Assembly (NCBI GenBank): GCA_050015075.1
Contig: JBEKCB010000003.1
Location: forward strand, 128,001-192,000
DNA from: Candidatus Brocadiia bacterium
Lineage (GTDB): Bacteria > Planctomycetota > Brocadiia > CAIUPP01
Reading direction: 5' to 3'
Length of the DNA: 64,000 nt
In this document: positions 56,329-64,000 of the stretch, one piece after another
Layout of the letters: every line of letters starts with the position of its first letter
How positions within the stretch are numbered: position 1 is the stretch's first letter
The notes under the pieces: generated by a model
The model's database searches: none
What the model saw: the letters and a program-made list of their open reading frames with translations, nothing else
What the model was told of the DNA's origin: nothing
Position numbers and translations under genes: made by a program

Positions 56329-56750
56329 ACAACTTCTGCAACGGCCACAACTACGTTCTTGCGATAAGGCGCGTTCGCCGTACGCCCGCGTCCGAGATCG
56401 TTGTCGAAATGTCAGGCGCTTCCCCGATTTTCCAGCCTGTGTTCGGGAAGGTTGATACGGGGGCTTACCGAACCGTGCTCAACTTCGATACCGCTAGAGC
56501 GCTTGCCATCGCCGACCCGGAGGCAAATTGCATTCGTCGCGGCACCGCGAAGTCAGCAACAGACGAGCCAATCCCTTATTTCGTCCACAGGGTCTTAGTC
56601 CAAATATCAGACAACGGTTGGCCACCGATTCTATTCCCGTTAGAGGCTGCGTTCGCAGAAAAGGTGAAGCGGAACCTTTTCGGCATTGACTGGCTGCAGA
56701 ATCTATGTCTGGCCTTCGATAGCTCCTCCGTACACTTCCTCCGAGACTAA
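56325..56750 (+). CDS. Retropepsin-like (clan AA) aspartic protease
   Basis: GKVDTGA catalytic motif and NLFGIDWL; TTG start overlaps the upstream stop. Confidence 0.8.
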   Translation: MNNFCNGHNYVLAIRRVRRTPASEIVVEMSGASPIFQPVFGKVDTGAYRTVLNFDTARALAIADPEANCIRRGTAKSATDEPIPYFVHRVLVQISDNGWPPILFPLEAAFAEKVKRNLFGIDWLQNLCLAFDSSSVHFLRD

Positions 56751-57130
56751 TCTCATATCGGGCGCGTCAGAGTTGGAGAGCTGACGGAAGCGTCTCCAAA
56801 TATCTGGCGGCCACGGCCGAATCGTATGGTATTCTATTCACAAACCTTCCGCCAGTCCAGAGGCATCCGCGCGGGGCCGGCAACCGCGGGTATAGCGGGG
56901 AGACTATGGCGCCGGCTCCAGTGCATGCCGCGGTTTCAGGCCTTCGATAGCGCGTGAGCCGGGCTTGATCCGGAAAACCCCCACTTAAGCAGGTCCCTCC
57001 GTCGGATTCTTCGGCGGCGCTGCCCGGTACGCCTTTTGCTCTTCCTGGAATGCGCACTTCAGAACGCCCCTGGCTTCAAGGGCGAAAAACCTTCCCTGTC
57101 CAGCCGATGCGCGAACGCGCGGGAACTCGA

Positions 57131-57721
57131 ATGAGAAAGACGACGATTGCGATGGCGTTTTCGGCCGCGCTGATTTCAGCGCCGGCCTGGGCGGGAATCA
57201 CCGGCTCGCCGCACGACCTCTCCAGCCGGCTGGGCACCGGGCAGGTTTGCCTGCCGTGCCACGCGCCGCACGCGGGATTGAATGCTTCGGCCGGGCCGGT
57301 GTGGAACCACGCCTTGTCGAAGGCGAGCTTTACGCAGTTCGGGGCGCCGCTCAAGTTGACGGGCGACTCGGTGCTCTGCATGGGCTGTCACGACGGGGTG
57401 ACGGCGGTGGGCGATTTCAACGTCGCGAGTCCCGCGGTCCGCGTCAGCCCCGACGTGGCGAACCTGGCGATTCAAAAGCTGCCGGGCGCAAATCCCGCGA
57501 ACGACCTGGGGACCGATTTGTCCGGCATCCACGCGGTCAGCGCGCTCTACGAGGCGACGCGCGCCTCCATGAAACCGATTACGGCCCTGGGCCCGCTGCG
57601 TTTGCAGGATGGCAGGGTCGAATGCACCACCTGCCACGATCCTCACAGCAGCCTGTACGGGAAGTTCCTCAGAATGTCGAACGCGCACAGCGCGATGTGC
57701 CTCACGTGCCATGCCGTTTGA
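57131..57721 (+). CDS. Periplasmic tetraheme cytochrome c (doubled-CXXCH type)
   Basis: Signal peptide; CLPCH, CMGCH, CTTCH, CLTCH. Confidence 0.9.
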   Translation: MRKTTIAMAFSAALISAPAWAGITGSPHDLSSRLGTGQVCLPCHAPHAGLNASAGPVWNHALSKASFTQFGAPLKLTGDSVLCMGCHDGVTAVGDFNVASPAVRVSPDVANLAIQKLPGANPANDLGTDLSGIHAVSALYEATRASMKPITALGPLRLQDGRVECTTCHDPHSSLYGKFLRMSNAHSAMCLTCHAV

Positions 57722-57739
57722 GGCGGCGGCCGCGCCGGA

Positions 57740-58357
57740 TTATGAAATCAAGTGCATCGCCTGCAGGAAACTCTTGCAGGCGGCCGGGGCGAGGATCAGC
57801 GTCAGGGCGAGTCCCGAGACGGCGCCCCAGAGGTGCGCGGCGTGGTTGACGCGCGTCTGCCGGAACCGCGCAGAGTAGTAGCTGTACGCGACGAAAACAA
57901 TGCCGAAAAGCCAGGCCGGCATCGGGATCACGCCGAAGATCAATATCGTGTCCTTGGGCGCGTAAAGGATGAAGCTGAAGATCACCGCCGTCACCGCGCC
58001 CGAGGCGCCCACGCAGAAATAATCCGGGTCGTCCCGGTGTTTCACCACGGTCGTGATATCGCTCAGGACGAGCGAGGCGGCGTAGAGCACGAAGAACTGC
58101 CAGTGCCCCATCAGTTGTTCGAGCAGGAACGCGAAGAAGTAAAACGAGAACATGTTGAAGATGAGATGTCCGACGTCGGCGTGGATCAGGCCGCTGGTGA
58201 GGAAGGTGTAGTAGCGGCGCTCGCGGACCAGGCTCCACGGGCTCAGCGCGAAGAACCGGAACAGGTCCGGGTACTGCCACGCGATCAGGCTGGTCACGAT
58301 GGTGAGGACCAGGATGAAGAGCGCGACGGGCGACTGCTGCATAACGCCGCTTTCCAT
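57740..58357 (-). CDS. Rhomboid intramembrane serine protease
   Basis: H....HLIFNM, GASG, AHLWGA. Confidence 0.92.
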   Translation of the reverse strand: MESGVMQQSPVALFILVLTIVTSLIAWQYPDLFRFFALSPWSLVRERRYYTFLTSGLIHADVGHLIFNMFSFYFFAFLLEQLMGHWQFFVLYAASLVLSDITTVVKHRDDPDYFCVGASGAVTAVIFSFILYAPKDTILIFGVIPMPAWLFGIVFVAYSYYSARFRQTRVNHAAHLWGAVSGLALTLILAPAACKSFLQAMHLIS

Positions 58358-58421
58358 GGCTGCCTTTCGATGGGCTGTGGAAACACAGCTGGTATCATAC
58401 CTGTTTTCCGGCGCCGGCGGT

Positions 58422-58442
58422 CAGGCCCGCAGGGCGGCGGCG
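58422..58442 (-). repeat. 21-bp direct repeat (partner 59227-59247) flanking the vapBC module
   Basis: caggcccgcagggcggcggcg is identical at both sites; this copy ends in a stop codon on the minus strand (AAALRA*). Confidence 0.85.
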
Positions 58443-58451
58443 GGCCCGGCA

Positions 58452-58934
58452 TCAGTCACGGCGGGATCGGCTTTGCTTGGCAGGCCTTGTCGCGCCCTCT
58501 TCGGAAATCGGGTCGAGCACATCCAGGAACGGAAAGCGGCGGAAGTCCAAGTCGTGCGTATAGATGGTCTTGACGCCGTTCTCCCGCATCAGAATCGCCG
58601 TGTGGGCGTCGAATACCAGGTTCCCCGAAATGTCGGGCACTTCGGCGAGGATCTCGGCGACGACCTGGCGGTGACGATCCGTTTCGGCCAGCACTTGGAG
58701 GTTAGATGAGGCGAATAATGCTTCCAGGAACTGCCATGACTGCCCTAAGGTGAAGGGACGCTGCAAGACGCGAGGATGTGTTGTTACGCGCAGGAACTCG
58801 TAAGCAATGCCCCAAGTCACATACCACGCCTTCTGCTGAGCACGCCAGCTTTCGATGAGGCGGCCGCACCTGGCGTTCTCGGGCGCATCCCGGTTGGCGG
58901 CATAGATCAGGATGTTGGTGTCAACGACGAACAA
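58452..58934 (-). CDS. vapC: PIN domain toxin VapC
   Basis: VDTNILIYA, EFLRVTTHPR, DAHTA, T.D.DF.RF. Confidence 0.92.
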   Translation of the reverse strand: MFVVDTNILIYAANRDAPENARCGRLIESWRAQQKAWYVTWGIAYEFLRVTTHPRVLQRPFTLGQSWQFLEALFASSNLQVLAETDRHRQVVAEILAEVPDISGNLVFDAHTAILMRENGVKTIYTHDLDFRRFPFLDVLDPISEEGATRPAKQSRSRRD

Positions 58935-58936
58935 AG

Positions 58937-59170
58937 CTAGCGTTCCATGACTTCATACAGGGCGTCGCGGTCGGCCACATCGACGCGCGCGGCGCCGCCG
59001 TGGAACTGGGGGAGTTTCGGGCGTTGAGCCGTACCCGCGCTCGGCGGTTTTGGAGTGATGAGATCGCGCAGTGCTGCCTCGACCAGCGCAGACATCGTCT
59101 GCCCGCGGCGCGCAGCCTCTCGCTTCAGCGCACGCATCGTCACGTCGCTGATATTCAATGTGGTTTTCAT
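58937..59170 (-). CDS. vapB: RHH/CopG-type antitoxin (VapB)
   Basis: MKTTLNISD..M..LKREAARRG.TMSALVE.ALR. Confidence 0.88.
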   Translation of the reverse strand: MKTTLNISDVTMRALKREAARRGQTMSALVEAALRDLITPKPPSAGTAQRPKLPQFHGGAARVDVADRDALYEVMER

Positions 59171-59206
59171 ATGGTTAACCATATCTTGCAGGCGGCGGGA
59201 TGTCAA
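59169..59206 (-). promoter_or_regulatory. vapBC promoter with palindromic operator
   Basis: TTGACA-17 bp-TATGGT; perfect 16-bp palindrome atatggttaaccatat (59169-59184) covers the -10 box and start. Confidence 0.8.
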
Positions 59207-59792
59207 CGCGGTTGCGCACCCTCGGGCAGGCCCGCAGGGCGGCGGCGAGGGCGGCGGCGGCTCGGCGGGCGGCTTGCTTCACCGGGGCGGAAAGCGGCCG
59301 GCCGTATTCGTGCGATTTCGGCTGAATGCCGAGGATCAGGACTTCGCACGGGAACGATTGCTGGAGATACTGGACGAGGACGTTGACGGGCATGTTGTGG
59401 GTCGAGATCGAACTGCCGCCGCGCAGGAGGCCGTGTTGAACCAGGGTGATGCTGCCGGGCTTTTTCCGGGCGACGTCGGCGGCGTCGAGGATGACGAGGT
59501 GCGTGGGGCGGAATTTCTTGATCTCGCCGGTGAGGTTTTCCGGAGCGGTCTCGCCCAGGAAAATGCGGAGCGACTTACGGATGGACGATGGACGATGGAC
59601 GATGGACAGTGTCGCGCAAGCGCGACAGGATTGAACGGCTTTTTTGCGCGCTTTCGCCCTGATGCGGCGCAGCTCTTCGGCGGCCTGGAGGCCTGCGGCG
59701 TCATCGCCTCTGAGCGACGAGCCGATGGCGAGGACGGCGACGCGGCGCGCGTCTTTGAGGTTCCGGCGGACGGCGGTCTTCAGCGATTCCAT
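59175..59792 (-). CDS. Hydrogenase maturation endopeptidase (HycI-like)
   Basis: IGSSLRGDDAAG, GETAPEN, ILDAA, STH, GIQP. Confidence 0.9.
   Translation of the reverse strand: MESLKTAVRRNLKDARRVAVLAIGSSLRGDDAAGLQAAEELRRIRAKARKKAVQSCRACATLSIVHRPSSIRKSLRIFLGETAPENLTGEIKKFRPTHLVILDAADVARKKPGSITLVQHGLLRGGSSISTHNMPVNVLVQYLQQSFPCEVLILGIQPKSHEYGRPLSAPVKQAARRAAAALAAALRACPRVRNRVDIPPPARYG
59580..59607. repeat. (GATGGAC)4 perfect heptamer repeat inside the protease gene
   Basis: gatggac repeated four times. Confidence 0.9.
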
Positions 59793-59848
59793 GAGCGGCC
59801 CCTGCGCTTTTCCACGCGCGAAGCGCAAAATGCTTCACTTCGCGCTCT

Positions 59849-60241
59849 TCACTTTTCAGGCTTCTTCGGCTCCGGCTCGGGACCCGGCGCGGGCTGGATG
59901 ACGATTCGGAGTTTGCCGCGGCTGAGCTGCGCCAGCTCGAAGTCGCCCGTCAGCCGCAGCGTGTCCTTGGGACATGAATCCACGCATTGCCCGCAGGCGA
60001 TGCACTTGGCGATGTCAATGTGCGCCTCGAACTTCTTGTCGCCGACCTTGACGATCTCGATCGCGGCGGCCGGGCAGTCGCGCATGCACAGCTTGCAGCC
60101 GATGCACTTGGCCGGGTCGAAGGCCAGCTTGCCGCGGAAGTCCGCCGGCATCGTGACCTTGACGTGCGGATAGCGGACCGTGGCGGGCTTTCTCCCGACC
60201 GACCGCAGCACTTCCTGGAGCATCTTCCCCGCCTTCGTCAT
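59849..60241 (-). CDS. 2x[4Fe-4S] hydrogenase subunit (NuoI/HycF-like)
   Basis: CIGCKLCMRDCP, CIACGQCVDSCP. Confidence 0.92.
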   Translation of the reverse strand: MTKAGKMLQEVLRSVGRKPATVRYPHVKVTMPADFRGKLAFDPAKCIGCKLCMRDCPAAAIEIVKVGDKKFEAHIDIAKCIACGQCVDSCPKDTLRLTGDFELAQLSRGKLRIVIQPAPGPEPEPKKPEK

Positions 60242-61203
60242 GGGCCGACCGGTCCTTTCATCAGTCCTTTCGCCGCCAGGTCAATGAGCAACTGGAGGAA
60301 CGCGACCGGGGCGACGTAGCGCCAGCAGAAGGTGACCATCTGGTCTATGCGCAGCCGCGCGAAGACGCTGCGGAGGAGCGAGATGAGGCAGACGATCGCG
60401 AAGACCTTGACCAGGTACAGCCCGAACCCGACCTCCGGCCCCAGGTTCAGCCCGAACGGCAGGTAGACCGCCGCGAGCAGCGAGCCGCCGACGATCATCT
60501 CGACGCTGATCGCCATCCGGAAGATCGCCAGCAGCTTGCCGCTGTACTCGGTCAGCGTGCCGGCGACGATCTCCGTCTCGGCCTCCGGCGCGTCGAAGGG
60601 CACGCGCTCGAGCTTGCCCAGGAGCGCCAGCAGGCCGACCGCCAGCCCGATGACGTTGAAGAGCATGTGCAGCGGGTGCGCGGCGTAATACTTCGTCAGC
60701 TCGCTGAGCGACCAGGTGTCGGCCAGCAGCGCCGGCGCCAGGATGCTCAGGACGAGCGGGACCTCGTAGGCGAAGAGCTGCGTGATCGCGCGCGCCGCGC
60801 CGATCATGGAAAAGAGCGACCGCGAATACCACCCGCCGAGGAAGAACGCGACGGTCGGGATGCTCAGCAGGTAGAGGACCACGATCGCGTCGCCCTTGAA
60901 CGCGTAGAGCGCCGAGGACTTCCAGATGGGGATGTACATCAGCGCGGTGACGACCGAGGTCAGCGCGACGAGCGGCGCGATGGCGAACATGGGCCGGTCC
61001 ACGAGTTCCGGGACGAGGTTCTCCTTGGCCATGAGCTTGATGAAGTCGGCCCAGGGCTGGAACCACGGCGGCCCGACGCGGTTCTGCAGCCGGGCGCAGA
61101 CCTTGCGGTCCACGTATTCCGCGAACAGCGCCATCGTGGCGAGGAAGAGCAAGCCGGGGAAAATCAGGATGTGGAACAGGACGCCGGCCAGGGTGTGCTC
61201 CAT
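60238..61203 (-). CDS. Membrane subunit (NuoH/HycD-like)
   Basis: RK..ARLQNRVGPP..QPWADFIKL..KE, PFDAPEAETEIVAG..TEYSG. Confidence 0.93.
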   Translation of the reverse strand: MEHTLAGVLFHILIFPGLLFLATMALFAEYVDRKVCARLQNRVGPPWFQPWADFIKLMAKENLVPELVDRPMFAIAPLVALTSVVTALMYIPIWKSSALYAFKGDAIVVLYLLSIPTVAFFLGGWYSRSLFSMIGAARAITQLFAYEVPLVLSILAPALLADTWSLSELTKYYAAHPLHMLFNVIGLAVGLLALLGKLERVPFDAPEAETEIVAGTLTEYSGKLLAIFRMAISVEMIVGGSLLAAVYLPFGLNLGPEVGFGLYLVKVFAIVCLISLLRSVFARLRIDQMVTFCWRYVAPVAFLQLLIDLAAKGLMKGPVGP

Positions 61204-62429
61204 TATCGGTTCTCTCCCGCGCGGAAGTTGCGGTTCAAGGCCGAGAAGTCCACGCCGCGCTTGCGGTGCCACTCGATGCCGTACTCGCGCAACTGGCCCC
61301 AGGTCATGACGCCGTCGCGGGCGGATCCGGCGACTTCGATCAGCCGGTCGGTGCAGGAGAAGCACGGGTCAATCGCGGCGACGACGATCGGCAGGTCGGC
61401 CAGGTAGCCGTCCTTGAGCATGTGGGCGACGGCCTGGACGTTCGCGAGCGTGGGCGCGCGGACTTTCACGCGCTCGGGCTTCTCCGTGCCGTTGGACTTG
61501 ACGTAATGCGCGTCCTCGCCGCGCGGCGCCTCGTAGCGGACGAACGCCTCGGCGGCGGGGACTTTGCGCGGCGCCTTGACGGCGATGGGGCCTTCAGGCA
61601 GGTTCTCGATGAGTTGCCGGATGAGGCGGTAGCATTCCATCAGCTCGCCGCAGCGGACGAGCGTGCGGCCGTACACGTCGTTATGGTTGTCGGTGATGAC
61701 GTTGACGGGGACCTCGGCGTACGCGGCGTACGGATCGTCCTTGCGGCAGTCGCGCGGCACGCTGGAGGCACGCGCGGTCGGGCCGACGGCGCCGAGCCGC
61801 ACCGCGTCGTCGTGCGAGAGCGCGCCGACGCCGGAGAGCCGCTTGGCCAGCGTCACCTCTTCGGTCGCGACGGTGATGTAGTACTTCGTCCGCTCCTCGA
61901 GCACCTTGACGCCCTCGAGGATCTTCAGCTTCTGCTCGGAGCTGACGTCGCGCCGGACGCCGCCGATGGTGTTGATGCCGTAGTTGACGCGGTTGCCGGT
62001 GAGCATGGCGAGCAGGTCCATCACCACCTCGCGGTCGCGCCAGGTGTACATCAGCAGCGTGTCGAAGCCGACCTCGTGGCCGGCGACGCCGAGCCAGAGC
62101 AGGTGGCTGTGGACGCGCTCGAGCTCGCCGACGAGGCTGCGGATGTAGTTCGCGCGGCGGGGGACTTCGAGCTGCGCGCATTCCTCGACGGCCATGGCAA
62201 AGGCGGTGGCGTGCGAGTGCGAGCAGATGCCGCAGATGCGCTCGACGAGGTAGAGGTCCTGAATGTACGTGCGCGCCTCGCAGGCCTTCTCGATCCCGCG
62301 GTGGTTGTAGCCGAGCCGGATGCCGGCCTTCATGATCTTCTCGCCGCTGAGGGTGAGCATGAAGCTCGTCGGCTCTTTGAGCGCCGGGTGTTGCGGCCCG
62401 ATGGGCACTTGCAGATTCGCATCAGGCAT
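61203..62429 (-). CDS. Group 4 NiFe hydrogenase large subunit
   Basis: L1 ERICGICSHSH and L2 DPCFSCTDR followed by a C-terminal extension. Confidence 0.94.
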   Translation of the reverse strand: MPDANLQVPIGPQHPALKEPTSFMLTLSGEKIMKAGIRLGYNHRGIEKACEARTYIQDLYLVERICGICSHSHATAFAMAVEECAQLEVPRRANYIRSLVGELERVHSHLLWLGVAGHEVGFDTLLMYTWRDREVVMDLLAMLTGNRVNYGINTIGGVRRDVSSEQKLKILEGVKVLEERTKYYITVATEEVTLAKRLSGVGALSHDDAVRLGAVGPTARASSVPRDCRKDDPYAAYAEVPVNVITDNHNDVYGRTLVRCGELMECYRLIRQLIENLPEGPIAVKAPRKVPAAEAFVRYEAPRGEDAHYVKSNGTEKPERVKVRAPTLANVQAVAHMLKDGYLADLPIVVAAIDPCFSCTDRLIEVAGSARDGVMTWGQLREYGIEWHRKRGVDFSALNRNFRAGENR

Positions 62430-62531
62430 GGTCCACCTCCATTCAGCCGCGTTCGCGCGAAGGCTCGAAAGACCCGAAGTCCGGGACGGTCACATCCGTC
62501 CCCCTCTTTCGCGGGTTCGCGTTTGCGCGGC

Positions 62532-62675
62532 TAGTGTTTAGTTGCGTAAATTGGCGTACCAATTTACGCAACTAAACACGGCCCAACGGAACGCATAACT
62601 CGCTATAACGACGCGGTTTATTGCGGTCATGCTTCTTTGCGGAAATAGGACGCCTATTTCCGCAAGGAAGCACTA
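62532..62675. mobile_element. MITE-like element with TAGTG terminal inverted repeats and two long hairpins
   Basis: TIR 16/20; perfect 21-bp stem gtgtttagttgcgtaaattgg/ccaatttacgcaactaaacac; second stem at 62630-62672. Confidence 0.65.
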
Positions 62676-62678
62676 CCG

Positions 62679-63155
62679 TCAATCTCTCTTTCGCGGGGCG
62701 CCCGGAAGGCTCTCCGCCGTCCAGTCTTTGCGCAGCGGGTGCTGGCCCGCCGGCCAGTTATCCGGCAGCGGATACCGCGGGCCTTCCGGCAGGCCCTGCA
62801 CCTGGAAGCCCAGCAGGTCCACCAGTTCGCGTTCGTAAGCTGCGGCGGCCGGGAATCGGGCCGTGACGCTCTGCAGGACCGGCTTGTCCTTGGGCAGAGC
62901 GGTGGCCAGGTTCAGGACGACGCCGCTGGGCCGCGCCAGGTGATAGATGACGCCGAGCGTGGCGCCCAGGTCGAGCCCGGTCATCGCGCAGAGGATCGTG
63001 AACTGCATCCGATCCTGAAGGTGGCCCAGGACCTCGGCGGCCTGGTCGGCGGGCGCTTCGGCGAACATCCGCCGCGCGCGCGCAATGCGGATCTTGGCGT
63101 CCAGGAATGGAAATTTCCCGGCGAGTTCGGCCTGAATCGCCTTCTCTTCCGTCAT
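62679..63155 (-). CDS. NuoC-like hydrogenase subunit
   Basis: MTGLD, YERELVDLLG, PDNWPAGQHPLRKD. Confidence 0.9.
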   Translation of the reverse strand: MTEEKAIQAELAGKFPFLDAKIRIARARRMFAEAPADQAAEVLGHLQDRMQFTILCAMTGLDLGATLGVIYHLARPSGVVLNLATALPKDKPVLQSVTARFPAAAAYERELVDLLGFQVQGLPEGPRYPLPDNWPAGQHPLRKDWTAESLPGAPRKRD

Positions 63156-63193
63156 GGCATTTTCACCGGACATGGCCGCCCCGATTCATGATA

Positions 63194-63625
63194 TCACTGT
63201 TCCAGGCTCTTGAGCAACTTCACGACGCCGTCAATGATCGCCGGCGGGCTGGCCGGGCAGCCGGGAATGTAGGCGCTGACCGGCAGCACGGCGTCGATTC
63301 CCTGCATGACATTGTAGCAGCCCTGGAAAACGCCGCCGGAGCAGGCGCAGGTGCCGCAGGCGACGACGAATTTCGGCTCGGCCATCTGCTCGTAGATGCG
63401 GACGATCCGGTCCTGGATCTGCCGCGTCACCGGCCCGGAGCAGACGAGCACGTCGGCATGCCGCGGCGTGGCCTTGAGCTGGATGCCGAAGCGCTCGATG
63501 TCGTACCTCGGCGTCAGCGCCGCGATGATCTCGATGTCGCAGGCGTTGCACGCGCCGGAGTTGAAATGGAGGATCCACGGCGACTTGATCCTCGCCCAGG
63601 TCACTACGCGCTGAAGCACAGGCAT
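63194..63625 (-). CDS. Group 4 hydrogenase small subunit (NuoB/HycG-like)
   Basis: CNACDIE, PRHAD, GTCACSGG, IPGCP. Confidence 0.93.
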   Translation of the reverse strand: MPVLQRVVTWARIKSPWILHFNSGACNACDIEIIAALTPRYDIERFGIQLKATPRHADVLVCSGPVTRQIQDRIVRIYEQMAEPKFVVACGTCACSGGVFQGCYNVMQGIDAVLPVSAYIPGCPASPPAIIDGVVKLLKSLEQ

Positions 63626-63629
63626 TCGA

Positions 63630-63962
63630 TCACCTTCTGTACAAGACCGAGAGTCCGACGAACCCGCCGAGGACATAGATCAGTGCGATGCACAGCGTCG
63701 CGAGGGTGCCCACCTGCATGGTGGTGGTCATCAGCGCGATGACGTGGAGGATCGTGAAGAAAAAAGCGAACGGGAAGAACTGGCTGTAGTCCGGCTGGAC
63801 TTTCTGGTCGGGCGTCTCCTCGCCGCAGGCGTACGGCTTGGCGCCGGCGCCGATCCGGCCTTTGCGCAGGGCCAGGCCCGAGAGGACGCCGAAGAAGCAG
63901 ACCCCCGCGGCCAGGATGATGAGGAACGCGGCCGGCGGGCTCAGCAGCCAGGACCAGTTCAT
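63630..63962 (-). CDS. NuoA-like membrane subunit
   Basis: KPYACGE, FFPFAFFFTILHV; three TMs. Confidence 0.8.
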   Translation of the reverse strand: MNWSWLLSPPAAFLIILAAGVCFFGVLSGLALRKGRIGAGAKPYACGEETPDQKVQPDYSQFFPFAFFFTILHVIALMTTTMQVGTLATLCIALIYVLGGFVGLSVLYRR

Positions 63963-64000
63963 GAGATCACCCTTTCAGTTCGCGCAGATGGGCCACGTCG

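Noticed and set aside
54463-56845. 13/16 direct repeat (tattctaatcgcaatc / tattctattcacaaac) flanking the kinase-protease island
   Set aside because: Short, imperfect and overlapping a likely TAGAAT -10 box; insufficient as an att site.
56767-57130. Riboswitch or small ORF upstream of the cytochrome c gene
   Set aside because: No recognisable aptamer consensus, and the ORFs lack convincing starts or motifs.
63975-64000. Possible 3' end of the next hydrogenase operon gene
   Set aside because: Only about eight codons are visible, too few to call.

Overview
High-GC bacterial chromosomal segment, probably from an anaerobic PVC-group organism. A planctomycete is my inference from the gene set (PEP-CTERM protein, multi-FHA proteins, group 4 NiFe hydrogenase). 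It is densely coding. Housekeeping genes include rtcB/archease, a Glu/Leu/Phe/Val dehydrogenase, nnrE, rsmD, Pit/DUF47, ferritin, groES/groEL, dprA, folD, nadD and larC. There is a cell-surface/PEP-CTERM-associated region (about 26-40.7 kb, plus glycosyltransferases and asnB at 49-54 kb) and the 3' part of a membrane-bound hydrogenase operon. The accessory layer has four notable parts. (1) Several toxin-antitoxin modules, two of them bracketed by direct repeats copying the 3' tail of the upstream host gene. (2) A lower-GC operon coupling a TPR histidine kinase to a receiver-DUF5678-like fusion and a retropepsin-type Asp protease. (3) A priming sugar transferase with a PEP-CTERM sorting motif at its N-terminus. 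(4) Several families of palindromic intergenic repeats or MITE-like elements. I saw no rRNA, tRNA, CRISPR array, integrase or transposase. All family calls come from motif recognition by eye, not database searches.
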